Positions 1 to 9,728 of a stretch of 64,000 bases of DNA are shown here, piece by piece. Made by a program: the position numbers and the translations under genes. The DNA is from Methanomassiliicoccaceae archaeon UBA472 (GTDB lineage Archaea; Thermoplasmatota; Thermoplasmata; Methanomassiliicoccales; UBA472): positions 128,493 to 192,492 of the forward strand of contig DAML01000026.1 of NCBI GenBank assembly GCA_002497075.1, in the 5' to 3' direction. Every line of letters starts with the position of its first letter. Position 1 is the first letter of the stretch. The notes beneath the pieces are model-generated. The model saw only the letters and a list, made by a program, of their open reading frames with translations. It was not told where the DNA came from and searched no databases.

Positions 1-112
1 CCCCCTATAAAAAAGATTCTTGTGGACTATTAATCGTTATCTGTCGATTATTTATCCGTTCCTAATCGATGGAAGGAAGGATAACAATATTTAAGTTCAG
101 TCCATTCTCAAG

Positions 113-1042
113 ATGATTCAAATGACGAAAGAGGACATGAGAGAGATCATCGAGAACCGCAAGTTCCTGTTCTTCGGTGGGAAGGGCGGGGTTGGGAAGA
201 CGACCATGGCCGCTACGACCGCGACATGGCTATCCGACCATGGGTACAAGACCCTGATCGTGGCCACAGACCCGACCGTCAGCTTATCGGCCATATACGG
301 CCAGGAGATCAGCGCCACTGAGGTCACCAAGATCGGTATCGAACGCAATCTCTGCGGTCTGAACATCAACCCCAAGAAGGCCATGGGCGTTTTCCAGACC
401 AGACTGGAGGGGATGATGGAAGGATTCTCGTCCATGTTCGGTTCCGAGCTTCTCTCCACGCCGTGCACGGAGGAGATCGCCGCCTTCGATCAGTTCGTCA
501 GTTACTTCGAGGATACCGAGCACGACAAGGTGGTCTTCGATACCGCTCCCACCGGGCACACCCTGCGCGAGCTGTCCATGCCCTTTGATTGGTCAGGCTA
601 CATCGCCAACCAGATCAAGAACCGCCGCGAGATGTCGGAGGTCCTTGGCTTCGTATACGACGAGAACATGGTGGCCGATCTGGAGACGGAAAAGGCACGT
701 TACGACAAGTCAGTGCGCGGGCTATCGGACGAGACCATTTCTGCTTTCAATCTGGTCCTACTGCCGGAGAAGCTCCCCATAGAGGAGACGGCCCGGGCGA
801 TAGAGGACCTGGGCGGATTCGGTATCAAGGTTAAATCGCTGATCATCAACGAGGTCATACCGAGGGAGGTCCTCCAGGGCAACTGGTTCCTGGAGAGGAG
901 AAGGGCCACCCAGGACAAATATCTCAATGAGATCGCCTCGAGGTTCTCAGCCATCCCCAGCATGGAGGTCCCCCTGTTCGACACTGATGTGTATGGGATG
1001 GAGATGCTGAGGAAGGTGGGGAGGGCGCTGTATGGGGAATAG
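113..1042 (+). CDS. ArsA/GET3-family P-loop ATPase (single domain, 309 aa)
   Basis: Walker A GGKGGVGKTT near the N-terminus and the family signature DTAPTGHTLR; ATG at 113; uninterrupted ORF. Confidence 0.85.
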   Translation: MIQMTKEDMREIIENRKFLFFGGKGGVGKTTMAATTATWLSDHGYKTLIVATDPTVSLSAIYGQEISATEVTKIGIERNLCGLNINPKKAMGVFQTRLEGMMEGFSSMFGSELLSTPCTEEIAAFDQFVSYFEDTEHDKVVFDTAPTGHTLRELSMPFDWSGYIANQIKNRREMSEVLGFVYDENMVADLETEKARYDKSVRGLSDETISAFNLVLLPEKLPIEETARAIEDLGGFGIKVKSLIINEVIPREVLQGNWFLERRRATQDKYLNEIASRFSAIPSMEVPLFDTDVYGMEMLRKVGRALYGE

Positions 1043-1373
1043 GCTCAAACTGACCATCTTCTCGGCCTCCTGTTGTCAACCGCAAACGGCGGTGTACGAC
1101 AAGCGGTACATCGAGCTGATAAAGCAGGTGATAGAGGAGAGCGGCATCGAGGCGGACATCGACCTGGTGACGGCGACCGAGGCCCGTATAAGCCTTGTTT
1201 ACTTCTTCGTTGGAGCTATCCAACCGCTCTACGCCAAGTACGGTCCGGCCGTGGCACCTGCCCTCTTCGTTAACGAGAAGCTGACGCTGTTCGGTGGGGT
1301 GCCGACAAAAGAAAAGTTGAAGGAGGTCCTGGAGAAAGCGGCCTCCGAACCTCCAATGCCGCTGATGTGGTAG
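1032..1373 (+). CDS. ArsD-like thioredoxin-fold small protein (113 aa)
   Basis: Overlaps the ArsA-family gene end by 11 nt. N-terminal vicinal Cys pair (FSASCCQP) and a C-terminal PALFVNEKLTLFGG segment are arranged like ArsD metallochaperones. Similarity judged by eye only. Confidence 0.45.
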   Translation: MGNRLKLTIFSASCCQPQTAVYDKRYIELIKQVIEESGIEADIDLVTATEARISLVYFFVGAIQPLYAKYGPAVAPALFVNEKLTLFGGVPTKEKLKEVLEKAASEPPMPLMW

Positions 1374-1374
1374 A

Positions 1375-1809
1375 TCACTTCCCAAGCAGCATGCTGATGC
1401 CCGCCACCGGAACTATGGACAGAAGCAGCACCGCCAGGTTCTGATATAGGCTGTAATCGCCAGCGTACCAGAACAGCCATGCCCCGATCGCCACCAGCCA
1501 TATCAGGGCCAGGGCGCCCTTGGCCATCCCATGCTTTTCCATCTCACAGCTGATGTCCTTCAGCTCGCCCATGCTCTTGGCGAAGGTCAGCCACACGGTC
1601 ACGTTCACCATGGCCAGGGCTACCACGGACAGCATGAGCACCGCTATGTTCTGCAGTATGCTGTACCCGTCGGCCAGGAAGAACAGCCAGGCAATAACGA
1701 AGCCGAACCATCCTAACGCCGATACGGCGCTGACCGTGACGCGCCAGCTCATTCCCTTGACCGCTCTCCAATCCCTGCAGTCGCCGCAGGCCCACTCGTT
1801 GTCGCTCAT
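1375..1809 (-). CDS. hypothetical integral membrane protein (144 aa, about 4 TM)
   Basis: Long ORF with four hydrophobic helices in two similar halves (WLFFLADGYSILQNIAVLMLSVV and WLFWYAGDYSLYQNLAVLLLSIV). Confidence 0.5.
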   Translation of the reverse strand: MSDNEWACGDCRDWRAVKGMSWRVTVSAVSALGWFGFVIAWLFFLADGYSILQNIAVLMLSVVALAMVNVTVWLTFAKSMGELKDISCEMEKHGMAKGALALIWLVAIGAWLFWYAGDYSLYQNLAVLLLSIVPVAGISMLLGK

Positions 1810-1927
1810 CGAAGCATCACATTCCTTTCTTCCTTGAAACGGATTAGGCTGAGCACTTTACTAAACGGAAGCGGACACTTGTGACCATTCCGAGCGAATT
1901 ATCTAGGTTGCGGCTCATAACGTTCTG

Positions 1928-2716
1928 ATGCCCGAGCTGCCGGAGGTGGAGATTGCCAGGAGGTTCGTGAGGGACCGCCTTATCGGAAAACGCGTCACAT
2001 CCATCGATGTCCTGGACAGCAGGATGCTGGCCAGAAGTTCGGAGCGTTCGATGAGGGCTGCTTTCCTTGAGAGGACCGTGGACGATGCCATTCGTCACGG
2101 AAAGAACTTGCTGGTGAAGATCGGGGACGATCATCTGTATCTGCACCTGGGCATGAGCGGTTCGCTGCATATGGTCGACGAGGACGGACATACCTCCCAC
2201 GAAAGGCTGCGCCTTGGTCTGGACGAGGGAGCCTTGGTCCTTGACGACCCCCGGAGGTTCGGGCGTTTCGGCCTCTACCATGACATCGAAGACATGCTGG
2301 CCGATAAGGGCCTGGGCCCGGATGCCTTGACGGTTTCAGACAAGGAGTTCGTTTCCAGGATGGCGGGCAGGAAAAGTTCGATAAAACCGTTGCTGCTGGA
2401 CCAAGGCATCATCGCTGGCGTCGGGAACCTGTACGCGGACGAGGTGCTTTTTCAGGAACAACTTCACCCCGCCACCAAGGCCAACGCGATCGCCCGAACG
2501 GATATGGCGCGTCTCGGGAAGCGCATCCGAAAGGTGCTGGAGACCTCCATCTCGGTTCGAACGGATTTTTCCCGGCTTCCTGAGGGTTATCTTCTGAGGG
2601 ACCGGAGAGAGGGGGCGCCCTGCCCTCGTTGCGCGACGGAGCTGGTGGTCATCCGCGTCGGCGGCAGGACGACCGTCCTGTGCCCTTCGTGTCAATCGCA
2701 ACGGGCGGAACGTTAA
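1928..2716 (+). CDS. Fpg/Nei-family DNA glycosylase/AP lyase
   Basis: Canonical N-terminus MPELPEVE, an H2TH-type middle region (LLDQGIIAGVGNLYADEVLF) and a C-terminal zinc finger CPRC...CPSC. Confidence 0.9.
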   Translation: MPELPEVEIARRFVRDRLIGKRVTSIDVLDSRMLARSSERSMRAAFLERTVDDAIRHGKNLLVKIGDDHLYLHLGMSGSLHMVDEDGHTSHERLRLGLDEGALVLDDPRRFGRFGLYHDIEDMLADKGLGPDALTVSDKEFVSRMAGRKSSIKPLLLDQGIIAGVGNLYADEVLFQEQLHPATKANAIARTDMARLGKRIRKVLETSISVRTDFSRLPEGYLLRDRREGAPCPRCATELVVIRVGGRTTVLCPSCQSQRAER

Positions 2717-2760
2717 GTGCTGCCTTATTATAGCCTCGGTCATCATATGTTTAACGGACC

Positions 2761-3024
2761 ATGGAAGTCGACATAGTCACCTTGGCGAACCTCCTGTTGT
2801 GCCTGGCCATAGTGGCCTTGGGGCTCCTGGGATATCGCAGGAGCAAACACACCTTGCCTTTGATGCTGGCCGTGGTGTTCGCCTTGTTCGGCGTTTCCCA
2901 TCTATTGATACTGTTGAGCCTTTTCGATGACCTGGAGATGGTTGTGTTCGCCATACGGGTCGTCGGTTACGCCCTGGTCATCTACCTGCTGTATCACTAC
3001 GTACAGGTACTGGACATCTTCTGA
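2761..3024 (+). CDS. small membrane protein (87 aa, about 3 TM)
   Basis: ATG ORF made almost entirely of hydrophobic helices; no recognisable family. Confidence 0.4.
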   Translation: MEVDIVTLANLLLCLAIVALGLLGYRRSKHTLPLMLAVVFALFGVSHLLILLSLFDDLEMVVFAIRVVGYALVIYLLYHYVQVLDIF

Positions 3025-3051
3025 ACTGCGGAACGTTCTTCCGCATCCTTA

Positions 3052-3726
3052 ATGAGATTAGAGAGGCGTGCCATCACCGGTGAGACCGTGTTGGGTCCGA
3101 AGGAAGAGCTCTTGCGCTTGGCCGCCCTCGCCGATGCCCATGGTGCCAGGTCAGCCGTGCTGAGCGCGCATGACGTGGTGGTGGCCGATTGGGTGCGCTT
3201 CAAGTGCCGTTACGGCTGCAAGGGTTACGCCAAGCATCTCACCTGCCCTCCGTACGCCCCGTCGCCAGAGGAGACCAGGAGGATGCTGGCCGAGTACGAT
3301 CATGCCCTGCTGCTCCGTTTTGACGGAGTGCCTGGTCGAGAGAAGGCCAGGCCTGAGGACGTGCCCGAGGACTTCCATCCATGGTACCGCGACCTGATCC
3401 TGCTGGTCAACCGCACCGTTCACCTCCTGGAGAAGACCGCGTTCTACGACGGTTTCTACAAGGCCTTCGGTTTCGGGGCGTATCCGTGCATATACTGCGA
3501 GCATTGCGTGGCCGAGGAGACGGAAGGGATCGTTGACGAGAGCGTTCGCCGGAAATGCAGGCACATGGACCTGGTCCGGCCTAGCATGGAAGCGGCGGGG
3601 ATGGACGTGTTCGCCATTGCCAGGAAGGTCGGTTGGGACATCAACACCATACCGTGCAAGGACCTGGAGTACGGGAAGGTCACCCGCTTCGACCTTATGT
3701 CCGTTGGACTGTTGCTCTTGGAGTGA
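3052..3726 (+). CDS. DUF2284-type Cys-rich metal-binding protein
   Basis: Motifs CRYGCKGYAKHLTCPPYAPSPEE and CIYCEHC are typical of the DUF2284 family. Confidence 0.7.
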   Translation: MRLERRAITGETVLGPKEELLRLAALADAHGARSAVLSAHDVVVADWVRFKCRYGCKGYAKHLTCPPYAPSPEETRRMLAEYDHALLLRFDGVPGREKARPEDVPEDFHPWYRDLILLVNRTVHLLEKTAFYDGFYKAFGFGAYPCIYCEHCVAEETEGIVDESVRRKCRHMDLVRPSMEAAGMDVFAIARKVGWDINTIPCKDLEYGKVTRFDLMSVGLLLLE

Positions 3727-3784
3727 GGACACCGAAGGTAAAATAATCGAGGTCCGCCTTTGTCGTTATCGGTGAACCGGTAAG

Positions 3785-4159
3785 ATGGTGGTCGACGCAA
3801 ATGGGTCTGGCGAAGGCAATTGTTCCCTGCCCAAGGATGTTGCTGACGGGCTCCGGGACGCTGGCGGAAGGGAGGGGCTCTTGTCGCGGATACCGGACAA
3901 GGATTCTCTCAAGGAGATATCTGACCGGCATCAGGCCCTGTCCGATCCCGTTAGATTGCAGATCGTTCACCTGCTGGGAGCGAGCGAACTCTGCCCCTGC
4001 GTGCTGAAGGACCTCACCGGGCTCACCGATTCCAAACTGTCCTACCATCTGAGCATTCTGGAGAAGGCCAAACTTATCTTGTGGCGTCAGAACAAGAACT
4101 GGCGCGTCTACCGCTTGACAGAACTGGGTCGATCTTATTTTGAGGGGAAAAGCATCTGA
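3785..4159 (+). CDS. ArsR/SmtB-family transcriptional regulator
   Basis: HQALSDPVRLQIVHLL...ELCPCVL...LSYHLSILEKAKLI winged-HTH signature, including the metal-site-like CxC. Confidence 0.85.
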   Translation: MVVDANGSGEGNCSLPKDVADGLRDAGGREGLLSRIPDKDSLKEISDRHQALSDPVRLQIVHLLGASELCPCVLKDLTGLTDSKLSYHLSILEKAKLILWRQNKNWRVYRLTELGRSYFEGKSI

Positions 4160-4214
4160 CGGTACGTTCTTTCAGGGACAACCTTTAAAATGGGGCTATA
4201 CCCATCGAAGACCT

Positions 4215-4931
4215 ATGACGACTACTGGTTCCTTGGAACCCCTTTATAAGAAGATCGAAGCAGCCGCCCGGGAATCCGGATCTGGCCTGGTCGGCTTCGC
4301 GGACCTGTCCCCCCTGAAAGGAATTCTTGCGGGCGACGCTACGACTTTCGAGTTCCCCTACGCGGTGACCTTTGCCGTGGAGATACCGAAAGAAGCGGCC
4401 CGGGCATCGTTGAACAAGCCGAGCGAAGAGATGCGCTCGGCCTACAAGATGTGCAATAAGAAGCTCAAGGAGGCGGGGGAGAAGATCGTCCAGATGCTAA
4501 CCGCGGAAGGTTATAAGGCAAGGTACATCGACCCGGCTCAACGGGTAAACCCGGAGAAGCTGCTCGGGCCGATATCCCAGAAGGCCATCGCCTCCCTGTC
4601 GGGAATGGGATGGATCGGGAAGAACGGGCTGCTGATCACGGAAGAGTATGGACCGCGGCAGCGCATGGGCGCCGTCCTGACGGACATGCCGGTCACCCGT
4701 AAGGCCAAGCTGATCGACAACCAGTGTGGCGATTGTACGGCTTGCATAGACCGCTGCGCCATGAAGGTGCTGAAGGGCCCGGAGTTCAAGCATCACCCGG
4801 AGAGCAGGGACCTGGTGATCGACTGGGCCAAGTGTGGTGTTTACGAGGCCAAGCTGATCGGGGACGGTAGCAAACCGGAGATGGCCTGCGGAAGGTGCAT
4901 ATCGGTCTGCCCGTTCTCCAAGCTCAACTAG
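4215..4931 (+). CDS. QueG/reductive-dehalogenase-related 4Fe-4S protein
   Basis: SGMGWIGKNGLLITEEYGPRQRMGAVLTD resembles the QueG core. Two ferredoxin-type Cys clusters are present (CGDCTACIDRC and CGRCISVCP). ATG at 4215 is preferred over the TTG at 4140, which lies inside the arsR-like gene. Confidence 0.7.
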   Translation: MTTTGSLEPLYKKIEAAARESGSGLVGFADLSPLKGILAGDATTFEFPYAVTFAVEIPKEAARASLNKPSEEMRSAYKMCNKKLKEAGEKIVQMLTAEGYKARYIDPAQRVNPEKLLGPISQKAIASLSGMGWIGKNGLLITEEYGPRQRMGAVLTDMPVTRKAKLIDNQCGDCTACIDRCAMKVLKGPEFKHHPESRDLVIDWAKCGVYEAKLIGDGSKPEMACGRCISVCPFSKLN

Positions 4932-5217
4932 TGGACTGGGGGTCCGCCCCCTTTTTCTTTTGTCCATCGTAACGCAGCTTCAGGAACACCATGACCGCGT
5001 TAAGGACTATGGACACCGCGTTCCAGAAGATTATTGGAAGATCGTTGAGGAATATCCCGTAGATCAACCACAGACCCATGCCCAACATGAGAACCATGGG
5101 CATGAACAGCGAAACGTCCTCCATGCGTCCGCTGCGGTATCCTTTGACGACCTGGGGAACGAACCCCATGGTCGTTATCAGGCCGGCCAGGAGCCCGATG
5201 ACGGTCAGATGGTCCAT
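4924..5217 (-). CDS. SemiSWEET / PQ-loop family small transporter (97 aa)
   Basis: Three TM helices with the PQ motif (MGFVPQVVKGYRSG), typical of MtN3/PQ-loop half-transporters. Confidence 0.7.
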   Translation of the reverse strand: MDHLTVIGLLAGLITTMGFVPQVVKGYRSGRMEDVSLFMPMVLMLGMGLWLIYGIFLNDLPIIFWNAVSIVLNAVMVFLKLRYDGQKKKGADPQSTS

Positions 5218-5691
5218 GGACCGGAAGCGGCGTTCCCATTAATGACCTTTTTTCGCTCACATGAAGGAGGTGGTCCGGCACCTCTCTTGGCTGTTGCGGC
5301 TATAGCAAAGACCACGGCTGGAGAAATGATGCGTCTGAAAATGGTAGAAGGGGTCTGAAAGAGCCCTATTTCTTAGCTGCCATTTCCTTCTTCTTCCTCT
5401 TGTTCAGGACCATGTAGACCAGGGCCAAGAGGACTATCGTAGGAAGGAACGGTGCGATTATGAGTATCATGCCGTCTATGATGTCACCCCCTAGGGATAT
5501 GTTCGTTTTCGGGAACGCGCTTCCCCTACTTATTTACCACTGTCCGTGACCCCGCGGTGCGGATAGAAAGTATCATCACTGAATAGGAACGCGGCATAGA
5601 CCAGTTATCACCCCAATGATCGCACCCATATTCCCAGTCGGCCCGGGGCATCGGGAAATGATTATCTTTCTGTAATTCCAAGTGAAACACC

Positions 5692-6267
5692 ATGGCGAAT
5701 GAGAGCGGGAGAGAACTATCATCGGAGCAGCGTGAGGCCTTGTTAGCTGCATTGAGGACCCGTTTCGAGGACAATAGGAGTCGGCATAAAGATCTGGACT
5801 GGAGCAAGGTAGAGGCCAGGCTGGATTCCCACTCACATACGTTGTGGTCGTTGGAAGAGATGGAGAGGACCGGAGGCGAACCTGACGTGGTCGGTTGCGA
5901 CAGGTCCGCCGGCGCTTTCATCTTCTTTGATTGCTCGAAGGAGACCCCCCATGGCCGAAGGAACATCTGTTACGACCAGGAAGGACAGGCGATGAGGGAG
6001 AAGAAGGGCGTGCATCCCGCCGGTAACGCCTTGGGCATGGCGGCCGCCATGGGAATAGAGCTGCTGACAGAGGAGCAATATCGGGAGCTTCAAAGGCTGG
6101 GAAGCTTTGACACCAAAACGTCCAGCTGGATCAGGACGCCGACCAACATCAGGACCCTCGGCGGGGCGCTGTTCGCCGATCGCCGTTACGGCCATGTGTT
6201 CGTGTATCACAACAGCGCGCCCTCGTTCTACAGCTCCCGGGGGTTCCGCGGATCGCTGAGGGTCTGA
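5692..6267 (+). CDS. DUF4256 family protein
   Basis: Full-length match by eye to the DUF4256 pattern (LWSLEEMERTGGEPDVVG, MGIELLTEEQYRELQ, FDTKTSSW, RYGHVFVYHN, RGFRGSLRV). Confidence 0.8.
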   Translation: MANESGRELSSEQREALLAALRTRFEDNRSRHKDLDWSKVEARLDSHSHTLWSLEEMERTGGEPDVVGCDRSAGAFIFFDCSKETPHGRRNICYDQEGQAMREKKGVHPAGNALGMAAAMGIELLTEEQYRELQRLGSFDTKTSSWIRTPTNIRTLGGALFADRRYGHVFVYHNSAPSFYSSRGFRGSLRV

Positions 6268-6298
6268 AAAATGACCGTTCCATGCCTGGATATGATGA

Positions 6299-6376
6299 TG
6301 GCGGGCCCGTGGGGATTCGAACCCCAGTCTTCGGCTTCGAAGGCCGAAAGGATAATCCAGGCTACCCTACGAGCCC
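6299..6376 (-). tRNA. tRNA-Arg (anticodon TCG), 3' CCA encoded
   Basis: Cloverleaf folded by hand. Acceptor GGGCTCG/CGGGCCC, anticodon stem TCGGC/GCCGA, loop CTTCGAA, T-arm TGGGG-TTCGAAT-CCCCA, discriminator G then CCA. Confidence 0.9.
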
Positions 6377-6477
6377 GTGCCTTGCCGCATATGGGCAGGG
6401 GGCATTAATACTATTCCTCCTTCCCGGTAGCTCTACTTTTGGGAATCTTAATAATCTGCTTCCCTCTTCCGCCCCTT

Positions 6478-7524
6478 ATGAAGCGGGTCACCATGGGCCA
6501 TGGGGCTGGCGGAGAGATGATGCAGGAGCTCATCGCCAAGTCCATCGCGCCGTTCCTTCCCAAGATCAAGATCGAGGTCCCCCTGGACTCCATGGACGAT
6601 GCCGCGATCGTGGACGACATCATCTTCACCACCGACGGGCACACCGTCAAACCAATCTTCTTCCCCGGAGGGGACATCGGTTCACTGGCCGTTAGCGGCA
6701 CCGTAAACGACATCGCGGTCATGGGCGGAAAGCCTCTGGCCCTGTCCATGTCCATGATCCTCGAGGAAGGCCTGGAGATCGAGGTGCTGGAGAGGGTCAC
6801 CAAGAGCATTGGCAATTGTTCAGAGCTGTCTGGAGTGCCAGTGGTCACCGGCGACACCAAGGTCATGGAGAAAGGGGCGATCGAAAGAATGATCATCTCG
6901 GCCGCCGCGGTCGGCAAACGCCACCCGGCCATGGACCACAACCTGAAGGTCGCGTCGTCCTATCGCAAGGTGGATTCCAGATGGCTGACGGATGACAACG
7001 TCCGGGACGGGGATGTCATATTGGTGTCGGGAACGCTTGGCGACCACGGGATAGCTTTACTTTCCTTCCGCGAGGGATACGGCTTCGAGAGCCAGGTACA
7101 GAGCGATTGCGCACCCCTCAACCACATGATCGGAAAGCTGCTGGCGGTAGGCGGGATAACCTCCATGAAGGACGCCACCCGCGGTGGTTTCGCCAACGCC
7201 ATCAACGAATGGAACTCCAAATCGAAGGTCGGCATGGAGCTGGTGGAGAAGGACATTCCAATGGCCGATGCCGTACGAAACGCCAGCGAGATGCTTGGCC
7301 TGGATCCGCTCACCATAGGGAACGAGGGCAAGGTCATCATCGCCTGCGTACCAGAGATGGCCGAGGAGGTCCTGAAGGCGCTGAGGTCCGACGAGCACGG
7401 ACGGAACGCGGCCATCGTGGGAAAGGCCAGCAAGGCGGTCAAGCATGTCGTGATGAGGACAGAGGTGGGCGGGCGCAGGATACTGGAGCCGCCGGTGGGA
7501 GACCCGGTGCCAAGGATCTGCTGA
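6478..7524 (+). CDS. hypE: hydrogenase maturation protein HypE
   Basis: AIR-synthase-like fold motifs (MGHGAGG, DDAA) and the diagnostic C-terminal PRIC. ATG at 6478 is preferred over the upstream ORF start, which overlaps the tRNA flank. Confidence 0.9.
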   Translation: MKRVTMGHGAGGEMMQELIAKSIAPFLPKIKIEVPLDSMDDAAIVDDIIFTTDGHTVKPIFFPGGDIGSLAVSGTVNDIAVMGGKPLALSMSMILEEGLEIEVLERVTKSIGNCSELSGVPVVTGDTKVMEKGAIERMIISAAAVGKRHPAMDHNLKVASSYRKVDSRWLTDDNVRDGDVILVSGTLGDHGIALLSFREGYGFESQVQSDCAPLNHMIGKLLAVGGITSMKDATRGGFANAINEWNSKSKVGMELVEKDIPMADAVRNASEMLGLDPLTIGNEGKVIIACVPEMAEEVLKALRSDEHGRNAAIVGKASKAVKHVVMRTEVGGRRILEPPVGDPVPRIC

Positions 7525-7621
7525 TCTCGGTTCATGAAACCTCTTAACGGTGTTTTAAACAGTAAATAATATTTATTTAGATATATAATTAATTATAATT
7601 ACCGTCAAGACCGGTATTTGC

Positions 7622-8341
7622 GTGGCGATTTTAATGTCCGACTATGCTGCGCTGGCGCGCGATCTCAAGGAAACCCTGGGCCTAAAGCACGAACCTGTGG
7701 CTATAACCCTGATCAGGAAGGGCGACGCACTACCGTCCGATTATCCGGTGACCGAGGCTCCGGTCAGGCATTGCGGAACGATAATGAGGGCCCGCAAGGG
7801 CGAGAAGTTCCTGGTTACGCCTGAGAAGGAGGCTTGCCCGGTCGGGGCGTCCGCTTTGGGCATGGTACCAGTGCCGGATAAGGTGGCTTCCGGAGATTTC
7901 CACGCCAACATGGGCATGTACAAGGACCCGGCCGCGGCCAAGAAAACCTTGGAGATGAGGACGGCGTTCCCGTTGGGCGACGTGATCGGCGTTGCTGCGG
8001 CACCATTGGACAAGGCCACCCTGGTACCGGACGTGGTGGTGTTGACGGCTTTGCCGGAGCAGGTTTTCTGGCTCATCCCCGCCGCTCAGACATATGAAGA
8101 AGGGGGAAGGGTTTCTGTGGAGATGGCGGCCGTTCAGGCCAGCTGCGTCGACGCTACCATCATCCCTATCGTCAAGGGCAAGACCAACATATCCCTCGGC
8201 TGCTTCGGCTGCCGCAAGACCACCGACATCATGGCCGAGGAGATGCTGGTCGGCATACCGTTCAAGAACTTTGAGAAGATAGTCGGCGCTGTGAAGACCA
8301 TGGGCGCGAGCGCGATCCCAAAATCCAGAGCAAAGGCGTGA
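7622..8341 (+). CDS. DUF169 family protein
   Basis: N-terminal LKETLGLKHEPVAITL plus overall length and pattern fit DUF169. The start is either GTG 7622 or ATG 7634. Confidence 0.72.
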   Translation: MAILMSDYAALARDLKETLGLKHEPVAITLIRKGDALPSDYPVTEAPVRHCGTIMRARKGEKFLVTPEKEACPVGASALGMVPVPDKVASGDFHANMGMYKDPAAAKKTLEMRTAFPLGDVIGVAAAPLDKATLVPDVVVLTALPEQVFWLIPAAQTYEEGGRVSVEMAAVQASCVDATIIPIVKGKTNISLGCFGCRKTTDIMAEEMLVGIPFKNFEKIVGAVKTMGASAIPKSRAKA

Positions 8342-8353
8342 GGTGTGTTTGAA

Positions 8354-9007
8354 ATGACAGAGGGCGAGCAGCGCAACCAGTGGAACTCAACCTACTCCAG
8401 CAAACCGAACTTCTTCGGAGCCGAACCGAGCGACCTGGCCATACGGGCAGTGGACATATTCAGGAAGAACGGATGCCGCAAGGTCTTGGAGCTGGGATGC
8501 GGCCAGGGCAGGGACACCTGCCTGTTCGCCAAGGAGGGTTTCCAGGTGATAGCTTTGGACTACTCCGAATCGGGCATATGCCAGATGCGGGAGAAGGCCA
8601 AGGAGATGTGCATGGATAAGAACGTGGAATGCGTATGCCAGGACCTCCGCGCCGGGATCCCGCTCCCGGACGGGTCGGTGGACGCGGTGTACTCGCACAT
8701 GCTGTTCACCATGGAGCTGTGGGAGAAGGAGATCCAGTTCATACTGGACGAGTGCAATAGGGTGCTCAGACCAGGCGGATTGAACATCTACTCGGTGCGC
8801 AACGACCACGATCCACATTTCGGGAAGGGCCCGCACAAGGGAGAGGACATGTGGCAGAACCCCATCGGGTTCGTGGTCCACTACTTCTCCGAGGAAAAGA
8901 TCAAGAGGCTGTCCAAGGGATACGAGATCGTGCACGTGAGGGAATTTGACGATCCCTCAAAGCCCTTCACCAAGAAATTGTACGAGGTCCTGCTGAGGAA
9001 GCCGTAG
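8354..9007 (+). CDS. class I SAM-dependent methyltransferase
   Basis: Motif I VLELGCGQGRD, post-I acidic LDYS and motif II DAVYS. ATG 8354 is preferred over GTG 8345. Confidence 0.8.
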   Translation: MTEGEQRNQWNSTYSSKPNFFGAEPSDLAIRAVDIFRKNGCRKVLELGCGQGRDTCLFAKEGFQVIALDYSESGICQMREKAKEMCMDKNVECVCQDLRAGIPLPDGSVDAVYSHMLFTMELWEKEIQFILDECNRVLRPGGLNIYSVRNDHDPHFGKGPHKGEDMWQNPIGFVVHYFSEEKIKRLSKGYEIVHVREFDDPSKPFTKKLYEVLLRKP

Positions 9008-9008
9008 T

Positions 9009-9560
9009 TCATACCACGCCGCCGATCAGATAGCATACGACGAAAGCGGCCAGACCGACCAGGGACATCCTGAGCCCCTTCCACCAGGGATTCTTCTCGC
9101 TCAGCTTGCCCATTATGAAGCCGGTGATGAACAGCAGGACTATCGCCAGAACTATCGCTACCTCGGCCGCCACCAGAATGGTCTCCTCGCCCATAAGGAG
9201 GAACGGTGACACGATTATCGCCCCAGTCATCAGTGGCGCCAGGGAGTTCGAGAAGGCGATTATCGCCGCGCTGGCCTTGGATGCTTTGCCCAGATTGGTC
9301 TCTTCCACCGGCCGCAGCATAGCTCGTCCGATCTCGTCCATGCGCCGGGACTGCTCAAGCGTCTCCCCCTCGTAGACGCTGCTGCCGGTTGATATGGCCA
9401 GGGCGACACAGCTGGTGATGATGGTGGTTATCACCAGCCCGGGGTCCGCATCGGCGGTCAGGGCTGAACCTATGATTATACCCAGCACGGCGAACGTGCT
9501 GTCGAACATGGTGTTCACGAAATACCTGCGAAGCGCCGGACCCGTTTCCGGCAGGCTCAT
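9009..9560 (-). CDS. VIT1/CCC1-related integral membrane protein (family call tentative)
   Basis: Polytopic membrane ORF. FVNTMFDSTFAVLGIIIGSA resembles the first TM of VIT-family proteins. ATG at 9560 is preferred; the ORF track start at 9632 is TTG. Confidence 0.5.
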   Translation of the reverse strand: MSLPETGPALRRYFVNTMFDSTFAVLGIIIGSALTADADPGLVITTIITSCVALAISTGSSVYEGETLEQSRRMDEIGRAMLRPVEETNLGKASKASAAIIAFSNSLAPLMTGAIIVSPFLLMGEETILVAAEVAIVLAIVLLFITGFIMGKLSEKNPWWKGLRMSLVGLAAFVVCYLIGGVV

Positions 9561-9728
9561 GGCCTCCTTGAACCACGAGCTATTGCGATCGTTCTTGGCC
9601 AACTGACCATCACCGTTTAACGTCCTCTCCAATAATAGAGGCGGACTAAATCCTTTTCGGGGGTCCTTGTGCGCGGGATCCCGCCCAGACCCGGTTTTCG
9701 CCCTTTATTCCGAAGTATTTATACAGAT

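Noticed and set aside
5366-5470. 34-aa minus-strand ORF (MILIIAPFLPTIVLLALVYMVLNKRKKKEMAAKK) in the 5218-5691 intergenic region
   Set aside because: It looks like a plausible single-TM micropeptide with a Lys-rich tail. It is too short to support from sequence alone and has no clear ribosome-binding or promoter evidence.
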